Source of the DNA: a virus
Lineage: Duplodnaviria > Caudoviricetes
DNA: 52,341 bases
Virus record (IMG/VR): IMGVR_UViG_3300032277_000006
Span: 1-52,341 of that record
Reading direction: 5' to 3' (one strand)
Shown here: piece by piece, positions 36,301 to 45,117 of the stretch
Position numbering within the stretch: the first letter of the stretch is position 1
Layout: every line of letters begins with the position of its first letter
The notes under the pieces: generated by a model
The model's input: the letters and a program-made list of their open reading frames with translations, nothing else
Databases searched by the model: none
What the model was told of the DNA's origin: nothing
Position numbers and translations under genes: made by a program

Positions 36301-37649
36301 TCGATGGCAAGTTGGATACTGTAACGGTGTACGACCGAGTGCTATCCGGTCCAGAGCAGATGGCGCACTTCTCCAACGACGCCGGTTCTGAGTTCCCATT
36401 CGGCGCTGTCGACGCTCCCGATGCCGACCTATCGGCGGGGCTGATCGGATACTACAAGCACGACGAGGCAGCCTTGGCCGACATCGTGGACTCAACGGTC
36501 AACCGAGTGACCTTGACGAACAACGGCGGTGTGTTGTCTGGAACCGGAAAGATTGGCAACGCAACACGATACGACGGCACAAACGATAAGTATTTCGAAG
36601 CACCAAATTCGACGCTGTACGATATTGGTAACGAGGACTTCACGATCGCCATTTGGGTCAACCTGGACACGAAGACCTCAATCCAGGCAATCGCCAGTAA
36701 GTGGAATGCGAACCTTTCTCAGGTTGGCTGGTTACTGTTCTACCGCAACGACCTGGATAGATTTGAGTTGGCCGTTTCTGCCGACGGTACCACTACGGTC
36801 ACACGCGTTCAGGCTGACACGCTTGGTGCAGTTTCCACGGGAACGTGGTACTTCATCGTCGCCAAGCACGAGGCGGGCGTCGGGCTATCCATCTCAGTCA
36901 ATGGAGGTGCAGAGGATACGGCGGCCCACACGATGGGGGTTTTCGAAGGTGGGCAACCTTTTCGATTCGGAATTCTCCGAGACGGGGCCGGTAATCTCTC
37001 GAATCGCTTCGACGGTCTCATCGATGAGACCGGCATGTGGCGCCGACTACTGACCTCGGGAGAGATCACCACGATGTACAACTCAACCCTGGGACGAACT
37101 ACGCCATTCGCATCCGGGACCTTCCGCAACACCACCCCCGACGCACTACTTGACTGGAACTCCGGCGAGGCCTCGGCCTTCTTCTCTCGCGCCAAGCTCG
37201 TCCGCGAGTTTCACGGCCTCCCCGACGGGCTGGATATCCAAATCGGCACGCGGCACACGTTCGACGGCGAAGTATTGACGGCCTCGCAGGACCTCGGTGC
37301 GCATGAGGCAACACTGGACATCCAAAATTCTGAGCTGCTGGACGACGAGTTCGTGGGGGTCCTGGACGACAACGACGTCAGCAGGAGCTTCAAGGCGCCC
37401 ACCACCGGCACCTACGCCTTGACCCTGGGCACGGCACTGGCCACAGGTATCGTTGAAGCACGGCTCAACGGGGGCGCCTGGAGCACCATCATCGCGGCCA
37501 CACTGATCACGGGGAACCTCGCAGGCGTAACCGCGGGTGATACAATCGAAGTGCGCCACACCCAGAGTGGGACAGGCAGTACGGAGACGTGGTTAAAGAT
37601 TGACGCACCGTCAACGACGGCGGACGCGTACGGGGTTCTCGTGATATGA
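33351..37649 (+). CDS. tail tip / host-specificity protein with two LamG (concanavalin-like) domains
   Basis: PTAQENRPIPLIWG..K..GPNV.WWGD tip N-domain; two segments with (H/Y)(W/Y)K..E...GKIGNA..., FT/FH...WVNLD, W.F....., DG.(L/I)D. Confidence 0.85.
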   Translation: MAIITTIVVSLVVAVISTVLSELLKPPPDIQNAKPAGQGDFKLPTAQENRPIPLIWGRVKQSGPNVTWWGDIKTIKIREKIKTGLFSSKKVTTGFRYFVGVQFSLCRGPIDAVTKIWMGDKIAYDNSSFTFGTLTIDKPALFGGVKFGTGGIQGDVDVTQGTETETTNTYLGTQQSPSLPYRGTCLAIFKQVFYGTSTQIKPAAFEVARFPNGLSLLGGKHIINLDGANMANVVYEILTNNEWGFGQPASIVDVANFTAAADTLHSEGNGFAMLLDRQLSAQEILDLVQDQMGGVAFLDIEDEKYKIKLARDDYDIDTVPQLTDDTIVEIREFTRGTWEDTANHIRVEFTDRARNYFDTYATTSDISNQRIQNGQVVSSVIKYPGIKDKTLAQRVASRDLRELSIPRSKATILVDRTFHSIKPGDVVALTEDNVGLVKLPMRVMRIGYGSLESGAIELGLAEDVFRFDASVFGDPDDTLWVPPSTDVNAPPLSQQLVFESPRGITRRDPETPETFDRVWAGLRRQGAEIAFKIHQRSASGTPAGAYIEDSDDVPEFILMGTVRDALVPGPAQGITTITVNQSPDFLADLQAAFSQSVASADVGQNLTNLCMIGSDPATAEFVCPLSSTNQTTHLDLENCWRGLLDTTPRDHAVGTPVYLIFNGGEMNLSALNRGYNVDVQLRGSSLSDTLTEIESVTTALTLIDRHRRPIPPTEMEVNGVAYDALVDPDALKTGGSGEDGKGIEVEFTRRDYVTYDEVEGIQTDAETLDDNFPTKNTTQYQTKATAVVGLDALLQGIRGHWKMEEANGATRFDATENNSDLGNFGAVNQSVSGKIGNAADFAGGYLHRNTDTEFMNDGGSFHLCAWVNLDDKLGTQTIIGKWFEDSNRRQFVVDFDNSADRFRLRVSADGTAVTTLAADSLGSPSAAIWYFVQAWHDADQCSINLRVNDGKVDTLVYTGGIHTSTAVFRLGAINNALATADNFLDGKLDTVTVYDRVLSGPEQMAHFSNDAGSEFPFGAVDAPDADLSAGLIGYYKHDEAALADIVDSTVNRVTLTNNGGVLSGTGKIGNATRYDGTNDKYFEAPNSTLYDIGNEDFTIAIWVNLDTKTSIQAIASKWNANLSQVGWLLFYRNDLDRFELAVSADGTTTVTRVQADTLGAVSTGTWYFIVAKHEAGVGLSISVNGGAEDTAAHTMGVFEGGQPFRFGILRDGAGNLSNRFDGLIDETGMWRRLLTSGEITTMYNSTLGRTTPFASGTFRNTTPDALLDWNSGEASAFFSRAKLVREFHGLPDGLDIQIGTRHTFDGEVLTASQDLGAHEATLDIQNSELLDDEFVGVLDDNDVSRSFKAPTTGTYALTLGTALATGIVEARLNGGAWSTIIAATLITGNLAGVTAGDTIEVRHTQSGTGSTETWLKIDAPSTTADAYGVLVI

Positions 37650-37951
37650 CGAAGTCAGTAGAGTTAGGGTTGGCAGCGCTGCTATCAGCCGCTATAAGCG
37701 GTGGCTGCATGTGGATAGGCTTCGTTCAACACACGCCGACCCGTGACGAAATGCACGAATACGTGCAGAGCAGTGCACCGTATGTCAAGGACAAAGCAGT
37801 CGTAGACGAGAAGATCAAGCATGAGCACGAGCTGATCTTGCGTGTAGAGCGCCAGCTGGAGAAGCTCGCGCAAACTACCGAGACGTCTCTGTTGACCCAA
37901 CAAAGACTGATGGGTAAGATGGACCAACTTCTCGACCAGAAAAGAAACTAA
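37646..37951 (+). CDS. single-pass membrane protein with coiled coil (possible lysis-related)
   Basis: N-terminal hydrophobic helix, heptad-like C-terminus; lies after the tail genes. Confidence 0.5.
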   Translation: MTKSVELGLAALLSAAISGGCMWIGFVQHTPTRDEMHEYVQSSAPYVKDKAVVDEKIKHEHELILRVERQLEKLAQTTETSLLTQQRLMGKMDQLLDQKRN

Positions 37952-37966
37952 CAGGAGTCTCCCCAG

Positions 37967-39373
37967 GTGCCAGGTAAGAAACTTTCCGCGGATGCAGTAC
38001 GTCAAATCATCGAGTTGAAATCACGCGGAGAGCTGACTTTCGAGGAGATCTCCGAGCAGGTGGGGTGCGGGCTCACCGCTGCCAAGAAGCATTGGCGCGC
38101 TCACCTCGAGCACCGCACCGACGTCGACCTGTCCCCCTCCCCTGTTGGGGACGACGACGAGGAGATCGTCGTGGACGAGATCCTAAACGCGCTCGACGAT
38201 ACTGGTATCGCATCGCTGACGACGAAGGACGGGTTTATCGATCCGGCCGAGTTCGCGAAGATCTGCAATCTGGGACCCGAGTGGATCGCCACGCACTACA
38301 AGCCGAATCGCTGGCAGTCCTTCATCAAGGTGCTGGACAAGGATCGCCCAGAGGGCTTCAAGGCCGAGAAGGTCGACCTGTTCCAGTCGAAGGTCATGTT
38401 CCAGCGCGCCATCTCCAAGCTACTGGGCGACGCGCTGATCCGCTGGGCTCGAGACAACATCGAACCCCTTCCCGCGCCTCCTGCTGCGCTCTTCGGCTCG
38501 GACCTGGACTACGATCGTATCTCCCAGGAGCCTGAGCAAGTTGCTACGGTGGGGCTCTACGACCTCCACATGGGCATGTACGCGTACGGCGCGGAGTGCG
38601 GCGAAGATTGGGACGTAGAGAAGGCGCTGAACCGCGCGAAGAACGCGGTCGACGACGCCGTCGACGAGCTGCGACGCTACAACATCACGCGCCTGATCGG
38701 CCCCATGGGGAACGACCTCATGCACTACGACAACGTGCGGTACAACACGGCCCACGGAGACCATGCGCTCGACCACGACTCGCGGTTCCAACGCGTGCAC
38801 GACGCCTGTGTCGAACTCCTGGGCTACTGGATCACCCGCATGCTTCAGCTGCCCTCCCGGCCAGTGTTCGACGGGTTCTACCTCCCGGGCAACCACGACA
38901 CTGGAAACTCGTACGGCATCTGCTCGGCGATCCACCAGCGCTTCCGCCGATGGGACAACGTCAAGATCGACCTGTCGCCATCTCCGGCGAAGTTCCGCTT
39001 TCACGAAGGCGTGGCCCTGTGGTTCGACCACGGCAAGGACATCCCAATCCAGCGCGCGCCGCTGATCTTTCACGAGCGTGCGCAGCGAGCACACCCCCAG
39101 GGACGGGCGAACTTCACCTACAAGGAACTCCAGGTCGGACATACGCACCAGAAGACGGAAAAGCTGATCGTCGGAGAGAACTCCCTGAACGGTCTCTACG
39201 TCGTGGTGAACCCGACGCTGTGCGTGCCTGACTTCTATCACTCGTCGAAGGGTTGGGACGGCGAGCCTATGAAGTCCATGGAGGTGCGCCGCTACTCGGG
39301 CGTGGGCGTCGTCGGGACGCATCGCATTTGGGCTTGTGATTCAGAACGCGAGCGGGTAGAGTTGGGGAAATAG
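37967..39373 (+). CDS. calcineurin-like metallophosphoesterase with N-terminal HTH
   Basis: DLHMG, GND, GNHD, HG, GHTH motifs; LTFEEISEQVGCGLTAAKKH HTH. Confidence 0.8.
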   Translation: MPGKKLSADAVRQIIELKSRGELTFEEISEQVGCGLTAAKKHWRAHLEHRTDVDLSPSPVGDDDEEIVVDEILNALDDTGIASLTTKDGFIDPAEFAKICNLGPEWIATHYKPNRWQSFIKVLDKDRPEGFKAEKVDLFQSKVMFQRAISKLLGDALIRWARDNIEPLPAPPAALFGSDLDYDRISQEPEQVATVGLYDLHMGMYAYGAECGEDWDVEKALNRAKNAVDDAVDELRRYNITRLIGPMGNDLMHYDNVRYNTAHGDHALDHDSRFQRVHDACVELLGYWITRMLQLPSRPVFDGFYLPGNHDTGNSYGICSAIHQRFRRWDNVKIDLSPSPAKFRFHEGVALWFDHGKDIPIQRAPLIFHERAQRAHPQGRANFTYKELQVGHTHQKTEKLIVGENSLNGLYVVVNPTLCVPDFYHSSKGWDGEPMKSMEVRRYSGVGVVGTHRIWACDSERERVELGK

Positions 39374-39395
39374 AAAACCCCAACGGAGAAAAGAG

Positions 39396-39692
39396 ATGGC
39401 AGGCAACCCGCCCGTTGCGAAGTACAAGGCCAAAGGAAACGGCCTTCAGCTCGCGGTCTGGAAGAACACGTACGACGGCAAGGACTTCTACACGTTCAGT
39501 CTGAGCCGTCGATACTGCAAGAAGGACAGCGACCAGTGGGAGACTACCATGTCCCTACGCGGGCAGGACCTTCTTCCTGCTGCGGCACTGTTGCGGCAAG
39601 CGTACGAAGACGGCTACGTCGAGTACGACGACAGCGCCCCCAGTGGCAAGCGGGCAGACACCAGCCTGCATGAAGAGCCCAGCCCTTTCTAA
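39396..39692 (+). CDS. small putative ssDNA-binding protein
   Basis: LAVWKN....FYTFSLSRRY....QW.TT.SL..QDL pattern with acidic ...PF tail. Confidence 0.55.
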   Translation: MAGNPPVAKYKAKGNGLQLAVWKNTYDGKDFYTFSLSRRYCKKDSDQWETTMSLRGQDLLPAAALLRQAYEDGYVEYDDSAPSGKRADTSLHEEPSPF

Positions 39693-39716
39693 GTAACGAC
39701 GGCGACGCAGCAGCAC

Positions 39717-39750
39717 GGCCGGGAGCACCCCTCCCGGCCGGTTCTTTTTT
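39717..39750 (+). terminator. intrinsic terminator
   Basis: GGCCGGGAG-caccc-CTCCCGGCC followed by GGTTCTTTTTT. Confidence 0.65.
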
Positions 39751-39760
39751 GAGAGAAGAC

Positions 39761-41236
39761 ATGTTCGAATTCAAGACCGAGCCCTACGCGCATCAGCGCG
39801 AGGAGTGGTTGCTTTCTCGTGAGATGCCTTCGCGAGGCATCCTATGGGAGCAGGGCACAGGCAAGACGAAGCCGACGATCGACACGGCCGCATGGCTGTA
39901 CTCCCTGGGCAAGATCGATACCCTGGTGGTCGTGGCGCCCAACATGGTGCACGCGAATTGGATCACCGACGAATGCCCGATCCACATGGGGTGCGACTGG
40001 AAGGGTGCGGCGTTTCACTCGCCCAAGGCTGGGACGAAGAAACATCAAGCCGAGATTCAAGGCGTCTTCGACGTCACGGGTTCGCTCGCCGTGATCGCCT
40101 TTAGCTACAACGGGATCATGACGGACAAGGGCGCAAAGGCGTTCAAGAAGTTCCTCGAGAAGCGAACGTGCATGCTCGTCTATGACGAGTCGCAGCGCAT
40201 CAAGAACCCTGATACCAAACGCACGAAGCGGTGTATCGCTGCCGCGCGCCGCGCGCCGTATAAGCGGATTCTGTCGGGAACGCCGATCGTCCAGAAGCCG
40301 TTCGACATCTACGCCCAGGTGCGAGCTATCGAAGAGCACTACTGGAAAGACCGCGGCATGGGCTCGTCCATGTCGTTCAAGAACCATTTCGGCGTCTTCA
40401 AAGAGATCGTGCTTAAGGAGGCGGACCCTCGGGTCAACCAACGGCGCGAGGCGTTCAAGCAGTGCGTCGGGTTCAAGAATCTCGAAGAGCTGGCGGACCA
40501 CCTCGCGGCGATCTCGTCCCGCGTCGTGAAGTCGGACGTTTTGGACCTACCGCCCAAGCTCTACAAGAAGATCTACGTTGAGCTGTCACCAGAGCAGAAG
40601 CGTCTCTACAGAGAGTTGTCGGAGGAGCTGTTCTTCCTGCTCGACACAGGGGAGATCGTTACGGCCGAGTTGATGCTGACGCGCCTCATGCGTTTCCAGC
40701 AGATCCTCTCGGGCTTCATTACGACGGACGATGGGGACATCGTCGAGCTGGAGAAGAACCCGAGGCTGACGGCCCTCTTCGACGTGTTGGAGGACATCGA
40801 AGAAGGTAAGGTGATTATCTTTGGGCGCTTCAAGTCCGACGTGACGAAGATCACGGAGAAACTGAACCATGGGCAAGAGCACCCGGTTGCTGTTGCCTAT
40901 GACGGATCGACGACGGTCGACGCTCGCCTCCGCGCGAAAGACGAATTCCAGGACCCCGAAAGCCCTGTCCGCTACTTCATTGGAAACCCTGCCGCGTGTG
41001 CCACGGGTTTAACCTTGACACAGGCACGCACCGTGATCTACTATAGTCAAAGCTTCGACCTCGAGCATCGGTTGCAGTCAGAAGATCGAGCCCACCGCAT
41101 TGGGCAAGAGCATTCGGTCCTCTACATCGACTTCGCCGCTCGAGGAACGGTGGACACGAAGATAGTTCAGTCACTGCGCGAAAAGCGCTCCCTCGCCGAG
41201 GTGGTGCAGCGCGACAACCCGAGAGAATGGATATGA
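39761..41236 (+). CDS. SNF2-family helicase
   Basis: EQGTGKT, DESQ, LSGTP, GLTLT, QSEDRAHRIGQ. Confidence 0.92.
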   Translation: MFEFKTEPYAHQREEWLLSREMPSRGILWEQGTGKTKPTIDTAAWLYSLGKIDTLVVVAPNMVHANWITDECPIHMGCDWKGAAFHSPKAGTKKHQAEIQGVFDVTGSLAVIAFSYNGIMTDKGAKAFKKFLEKRTCMLVYDESQRIKNPDTKRTKRCIAAARRAPYKRILSGTPIVQKPFDIYAQVRAIEEHYWKDRGMGSSMSFKNHFGVFKEIVLKEADPRVNQRREAFKQCVGFKNLEELADHLAAISSRVVKSDVLDLPPKLYKKIYVELSPEQKRLYRELSEELFFLLDTGEIVTAELMLTRLMRFQQILSGFITTDDGDIVELEKNPRLTALFDVLEDIEEGKVIIFGRFKSDVTKITEKLNHGQEHPVAVAYDGSTTVDARLRAKDEFQDPESPVRYFIGNPAACATGLTLTQARTVIYYSQSFDLEHRLQSEDRAHRIGQEHSVLYIDFAARGTVDTKIVQSLREKRSLAEVVQRDNPREWI

Positions 41237-41778
41237 GCCACGACTACACAGACTACCAACCCGAGCCCGAGACGCAGGACCTTGCGAAAGTCACCGCAGC
41301 CGTCCAGGGACTCGAGGCACTGGAACGGACCCTGGCTGACAAAGAGGACGAGGTCAAAAACCTCAAGGCGCGAATCAAACGTGTCAAAGAGGACGAGCTA
41401 CCTGAGATCATGCGCAGCGTTGGGTTGCGGACATTCATCACTACCGACGGGGTGGAGATCGAGCTGCAAAAGAACGTCTTCGCCTCGATCAGTGCCTCGA
41501 ACAAGCCCGCCGCCTTTGAGTGGCTGCGGGACAACGGCGAGGAGAAGATGGTCAAGTTCGACATGACCATCCCTGTGTCACCGGACAAGGTTCTGGTGGC
41601 GCGAGAGCAGGCCGTGGAACTGCGCAAGAAGTTCGGCAGCGTGTCCATGAGCGGCTCGGTCAACACCAACACGCTGAAGGCATGGGCGAAGCGTCGCGTC
41701 GAAGCCGGGGAGAACATTCCCGACTGCATCACACACCACGTCGTCGACGTGGCCAAAGTCAAAACGAAGAAATCATAG
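41233..41778 (+). CDS. replication-associated coiled-coil protein
   Basis: ELPEIM..VG...AFEWLRDNG...VNTNTLKAW motif common in phage replication modules. Confidence 0.7.
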   Translation: MSHDYTDYQPEPETQDLAKVTAAVQGLEALERTLADKEDEVKNLKARIKRVKEDELPEIMRSVGLRTFITTDGVEIELQKNVFASISASNKPAAFEWLRDNGEEKMVKFDMTIPVSPDKVLVAREQAVELRKKFGSVSMSGSVNTNTLKAWAKRRVEAGENIPDCITHHVVDVAKVKTKKS

Positions 41779-41820
41779 GGCCGGGCCTTTTCCCGGACAA
41801 GCAACTGATTGGAGGAAAGA

Positions 41821-42681
41821 ATGGCAGTGAAAAGCAAGAAGACCAAAGGCAAGAAGAATGAGATCGCACCGCGCGAAGACTTCGCGGTCGACACCACAGA
41901 CTATGAGCAGTTCGACAAGGACGGATTCGCGGGGCAGAGTTCCGACGAGATCACGATTCCGTTTCTGAGCGTCCTCCAGGGCCTCAGCCCGCAGGTGAAC
42001 AAGGGGCAAGACAAGTTCATCGAGGGTGCGTCGAGCGGCGACCTCGTCAACAGTGTGACGAACGCCATCCTTCCCGAGAACCTTCTGTTCGTTCCGTGCC
42101 ACAAGTTCCGTCAGGTCCTGCGTTGGCGCAAGCGTGACGCAGGCGGCGGACTCGTCGATCGCCTCGCATATGACGACCCGTTCGTTGCCGAGTGCAAGGC
42201 GGCCGCGGGTACGAGCTTCGGCAAGATCCCTGTCGTCGGTGACGACACGCAGGAGTTGCAGGAGGTGTTCTACGTCGCGGGTATCGCTTACCCGGATGGT
42301 CTCGAGGGCGATTCGTTCGCGCTGATCATCTCGTTCAACAGCTCGAAGATCAAGGTGTACAAGAAGTGGAACACCGCCATGTCGAGCTGCCAGGTCCTCG
42401 CCCCGAGTGGGCGAAAGGTCACTCCGCCGCTCTTCGCTCACGCCGTCAGGCTCTCGACTGTGTCCGAGACGAACGCGCGTAACGAGTCCTACTTCAATCT
42501 CGCCATCAACCCGGCGAATGGAGACATCAAGTCCAGCCTTCTGTCGCCCGAGTCCGAAGCGTTCAAGGCCGCACTCGAGCTGCGTCCGTTCTTCCAGTCT
42601 GACGAACTGAAGATGGACGACGAGTCTGAGGCGCAGGCCGATTCTTCCGCGTCCGAAACCAAGGACGAGGTTTTCGCGTAA
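41821..42681 (+). CDS. putative ssDNA-binding/recombination protein
   Basis: IPFLSVLQGLSPQV motif; acidic C-tail; replication context. Confidence 0.65.
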   Translation: MAVKSKKTKGKKNEIAPREDFAVDTTDYEQFDKDGFAGQSSDEITIPFLSVLQGLSPQVNKGQDKFIEGASSGDLVNSVTNAILPENLLFVPCHKFRQVLRWRKRDAGGGLVDRLAYDDPFVAECKAAAGTSFGKIPVVGDDTQELQEVFYVAGIAYPDGLEGDSFALIISFNSSKIKVYKKWNTAMSSCQVLAPSGRKVTPPLFAHAVRLSTVSETNARNESYFNLAINPANGDIKSSLLSPESEAFKAALELRPFFQSDELKMDDESEAQADSSASETKDEVFA

Positions 42682-42692
42682 TCTTTTCTCTC

Positions 42693-42735
42693 GCGGGACC
42701 GAGAAAAACCCTCCCCGGGAAAAACTCGGTCCCGC
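42693..42735. terminator. intergenic hairpin
   Basis: GCGGGACCGAG...CTCGGTCCCGC 11-bp stem. Confidence 0.45.
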
Positions 42736-42755
42736 ATTCTTCGAGGCAACCAACC

Positions 42756-43991
42756 ATGAAGTGGAACGCACAGCAAGAGAGGGCACTCGATGCGGCAGGT
42801 AACTGGCTCCGAGACGGAGAAGGCCCTTTCCGACTTTTCGGTTACGCTGGAACGGGAAAGACGACGCTGGCCAAGCACCTGGCCGCTGGCGTGGAAGGTC
42901 AGGTACTCTATGCCGCGTACACCGGGAAGGCGGCGGATGTCATGCGCTCCGCGGGATGTGACGGCGCGACTACGTTGCATTCGCTTCTTTACAAGCCGAG
43001 GGAGAAAGGGCGGGCTCGACTCAAGGAGTTGGAACGGCTGAAGGAAGGGATCGAGCAGCGGATCAAAGCTGCCGAGCTGAACAAGGGCGGTGGATCCCAC
43101 GGTTTGGACCAAGCGCTGAAGAACGCCATCCGCATGATCGAGGACGAGAAGAACAACGTCAAGAGCCCTGCGTTCACGTTGAACCCCGACAGTCCGATCC
43201 AGCATGCCTCACTGCTCGTCGTTGACGAGGTCTCCATGATCCCCGAATCCATGGGCGACGACATTCTTTCGTTCGGAACTCCTGTCCTCTGTCTGGGCGA
43301 CCCCGGGCAGCTACCCCCGGTCAAGGGCAGAGGCTACTTCACCCAGTCCGAACCGGACTTCATGCTCACCGAGATCATGCGGCAGGCTAAGGACAATCCG
43401 ATCATCGATCTCGCCACCCGAATCCGCACAGGGCGGACAATCCCGAAAGGATCCTACGGAGAATCCCAAGTGATCGCTGCTGCGGACTTTGATCCGAAGG
43501 GTATGAACCATGACGCCCAGCTACTCGTTGGGACCAACAAACGCCGCCGCCGCGCCAATCTGTTCGTCCGCGGGCAACGGCACGATCTCTCCGGCGATCC
43601 CGTCCTGATCGAAGGGGACCGACTGGTCTGCCTTCGCAACGACCACGAGGCTGGGCTACTGAACGGAGCCATCTACAACGTGGCTCGTGCAGGAGAGCAT
43701 GACACTGAGATGGAGACCGTCGCCGCGGGGCTCGACAAAGAGGGCTCGGACGAATCTGTCTGGACCGTCATGCACACCGCCCACCTGCTCGGGCAAGAGC
43801 TGGAATACTACTCCCGCATGGACGCTCACGAGTTCGACTATGGGTACGCGCTCACGGTCCACAAGTCACAAGGAAGTCAGTGGGACGAAGTCGTCCTGAT
43901 GGACGAGTCCCGAACGTTCAAGAATGCGGGCCGACAGTGGCTCTATACCGGGGTGACTCGCGCCGCCAAGAAAATAACGATCGTGGTATGA
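42756..43991 (+). CDS. Dda/RecD-like SF1 helicase
   Basis: GYAGTGKTT, VVDEVSM, GDPGQLPPV, YALTVHKSQGSQW, YTGVTRA. Confidence 0.92.
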   Translation: MKWNAQQERALDAAGNWLRDGEGPFRLFGYAGTGKTTLAKHLAAGVEGQVLYAAYTGKAADVMRSAGCDGATTLHSLLYKPREKGRARLKELERLKEGIEQRIKAAELNKGGGSHGLDQALKNAIRMIEDEKNNVKSPAFTLNPDSPIQHASLLVVDEVSMIPESMGDDILSFGTPVLCLGDPGQLPPVKGRGYFTQSEPDFMLTEIMRQAKDNPIIDLATRIRTGRTIPKGSYGESQVIAAADFDPKGMNHDAQLLVGTNKRRRRANLFVRGQRHDLSGDPVLIEGDRLVCLRNDHEAGLLNGAIYNVARAGEHDTEMETVAAGLDKEGSDESVWTVMHTAHLLGQELEYYSRMDAHEFDYGYALTVHKSQGSQWDEVVLMDESRTFKNAGRQWLYTGVTRAAKKITIVV

Positions 43992-44776
43992 AGATCCGAC
44001 ACATCGAGGTCATGACCCCGGGCTTCACCGCCCGCCTTTTCTACCTTGGGCGACACGCGGCCGACATCCGCAACCCGCAGAATGACGACGTGTCGTTGGT
44101 GGAGTGGACCAGCGGGACCGAGGTTGAGACGCGTCAGGCGCTCTTCCAGGAAGCCTTGCAGCACGTGCCACACGATCAGCCGCCCATGGCGCTCGCGCTT
44201 CATGTGACGGAACTGTGCCGTGTCCTGGTGGACATGGACAACCAGGGGCACGGCGATCTCTACCTGGAAACGTCGATCGGCGTGGTGACGCCCGAGCTGG
44301 AAGACCTCTCCACGGAAGACCTCCGCGCTCTATGCAGGGAGTTCTCTGGTAAAGAGCTACCAGACCGCGAGCTACCCGCCCACGTGGGTAGACTGCTTCT
44401 CGAGCGTTTCGACCTCATGGCTCGAGAGAGGCTGAAGGAAGCTGCCCAGGCGGATCGACCTCGGACTCCATTCGGTCGGAGCCGGAAGCGGATCGACCTC
44501 TACCCGGAAAGCGAGGCCTCTCTGCCCAGAGCGGGGACGAAGGTCTATAAAGCCTTCCAGGCCTTGCAGGTCGGTACGACGTTCGAGGGGTTGAAAGACG
44601 CTTGCGGAACTCGGCCCTATGACACGGACAAGAATGGTCAACTCTGGGGAGAGATGAAAAGCCACCGCTGGACGCGTGACATTCTGACCAAGCTGGCGCG
44701 AGACTACGGGCACAGAATTAAGGAAGACGACACAGGGATCATCCGTATCATAGAGCATAGCGAAGACGAACCTTAA
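43988..44776 (+). CDS. hypothetical protein with probable C-terminal winged helix
   Basis: ATGA-coupled; PRAGTKV...GTTFEGL..ACG pattern. Confidence 0.55.
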   Translation: MKIRHIEVMTPGFTARLFYLGRHAADIRNPQNDDVSLVEWTSGTEVETRQALFQEALQHVPHDQPPMALALHVTELCRVLVDMDNQGHGDLYLETSIGVVTPELEDLSTEDLRALCREFSGKELPDRELPAHVGRLLLERFDLMARERLKEAAQADRPRTPFGRSRKRIDLYPESEASLPRAGTKVYKAFQALQVGTTFEGLKDACGTRPYDTDKNGQLWGEMKSHRWTRDILTKLARDYGHRIKEDDTGIIRIIEHSEDEP

Positions 44777-44788
44777 CCAGGAGACAAC

Positions 44789-45067
44789 ATGCAACGCTAT
44801 CTGATCATTCTGTACTTTGTGGCCACGACGACCTTTGCAGGTTGCGCCGCCACCAACCGTATCGCCGAAGAGTGGTTCAACCCAGAGAACAATCCGGAGC
44901 AGAACGGCAAGAGCAAGGGCGAAGAAGCCGCCGAAGTGGCGAGCGGGTTTCTCCCTCAGCCTTGGGGCGATCTGGTCCTGTCGACGGTGCTCCTCGGGCA
45001 GAACGGCTTCCTTGGTGCCAAGAAGCTGAAGGAACGGAAGAAGAAAAAGGACGAAGCCACGGCTTAA
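44789..45067 (+). CDS. small lipoprotein
   Basis: AGGAG RBS; signal peptide ending FAG-C; basic tail. Confidence 0.65.
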   Translation: MQRYLIILYFVATTTFAGCAATNRIAEEWFNPENNPEQNGKSKGEEAAEVASGFLPQPWGDLVLSTVLLGQNGFLGAKKLKERKKKKDEATA

Positions 45068-45117
45068 CGAAACAGCGCCCCTTCTGAGCGGGGGCGCAAC
45101 AACTTGAGAGAAAAGAC

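Noticed and set aside
33351-39400. Diversity-generating retroelement acting on tail or fibre genes
   Set aside because: No reverse transcriptase and no adenine-specific TR/VR pair were seen; the paralogous domains are diverged at the protein level.
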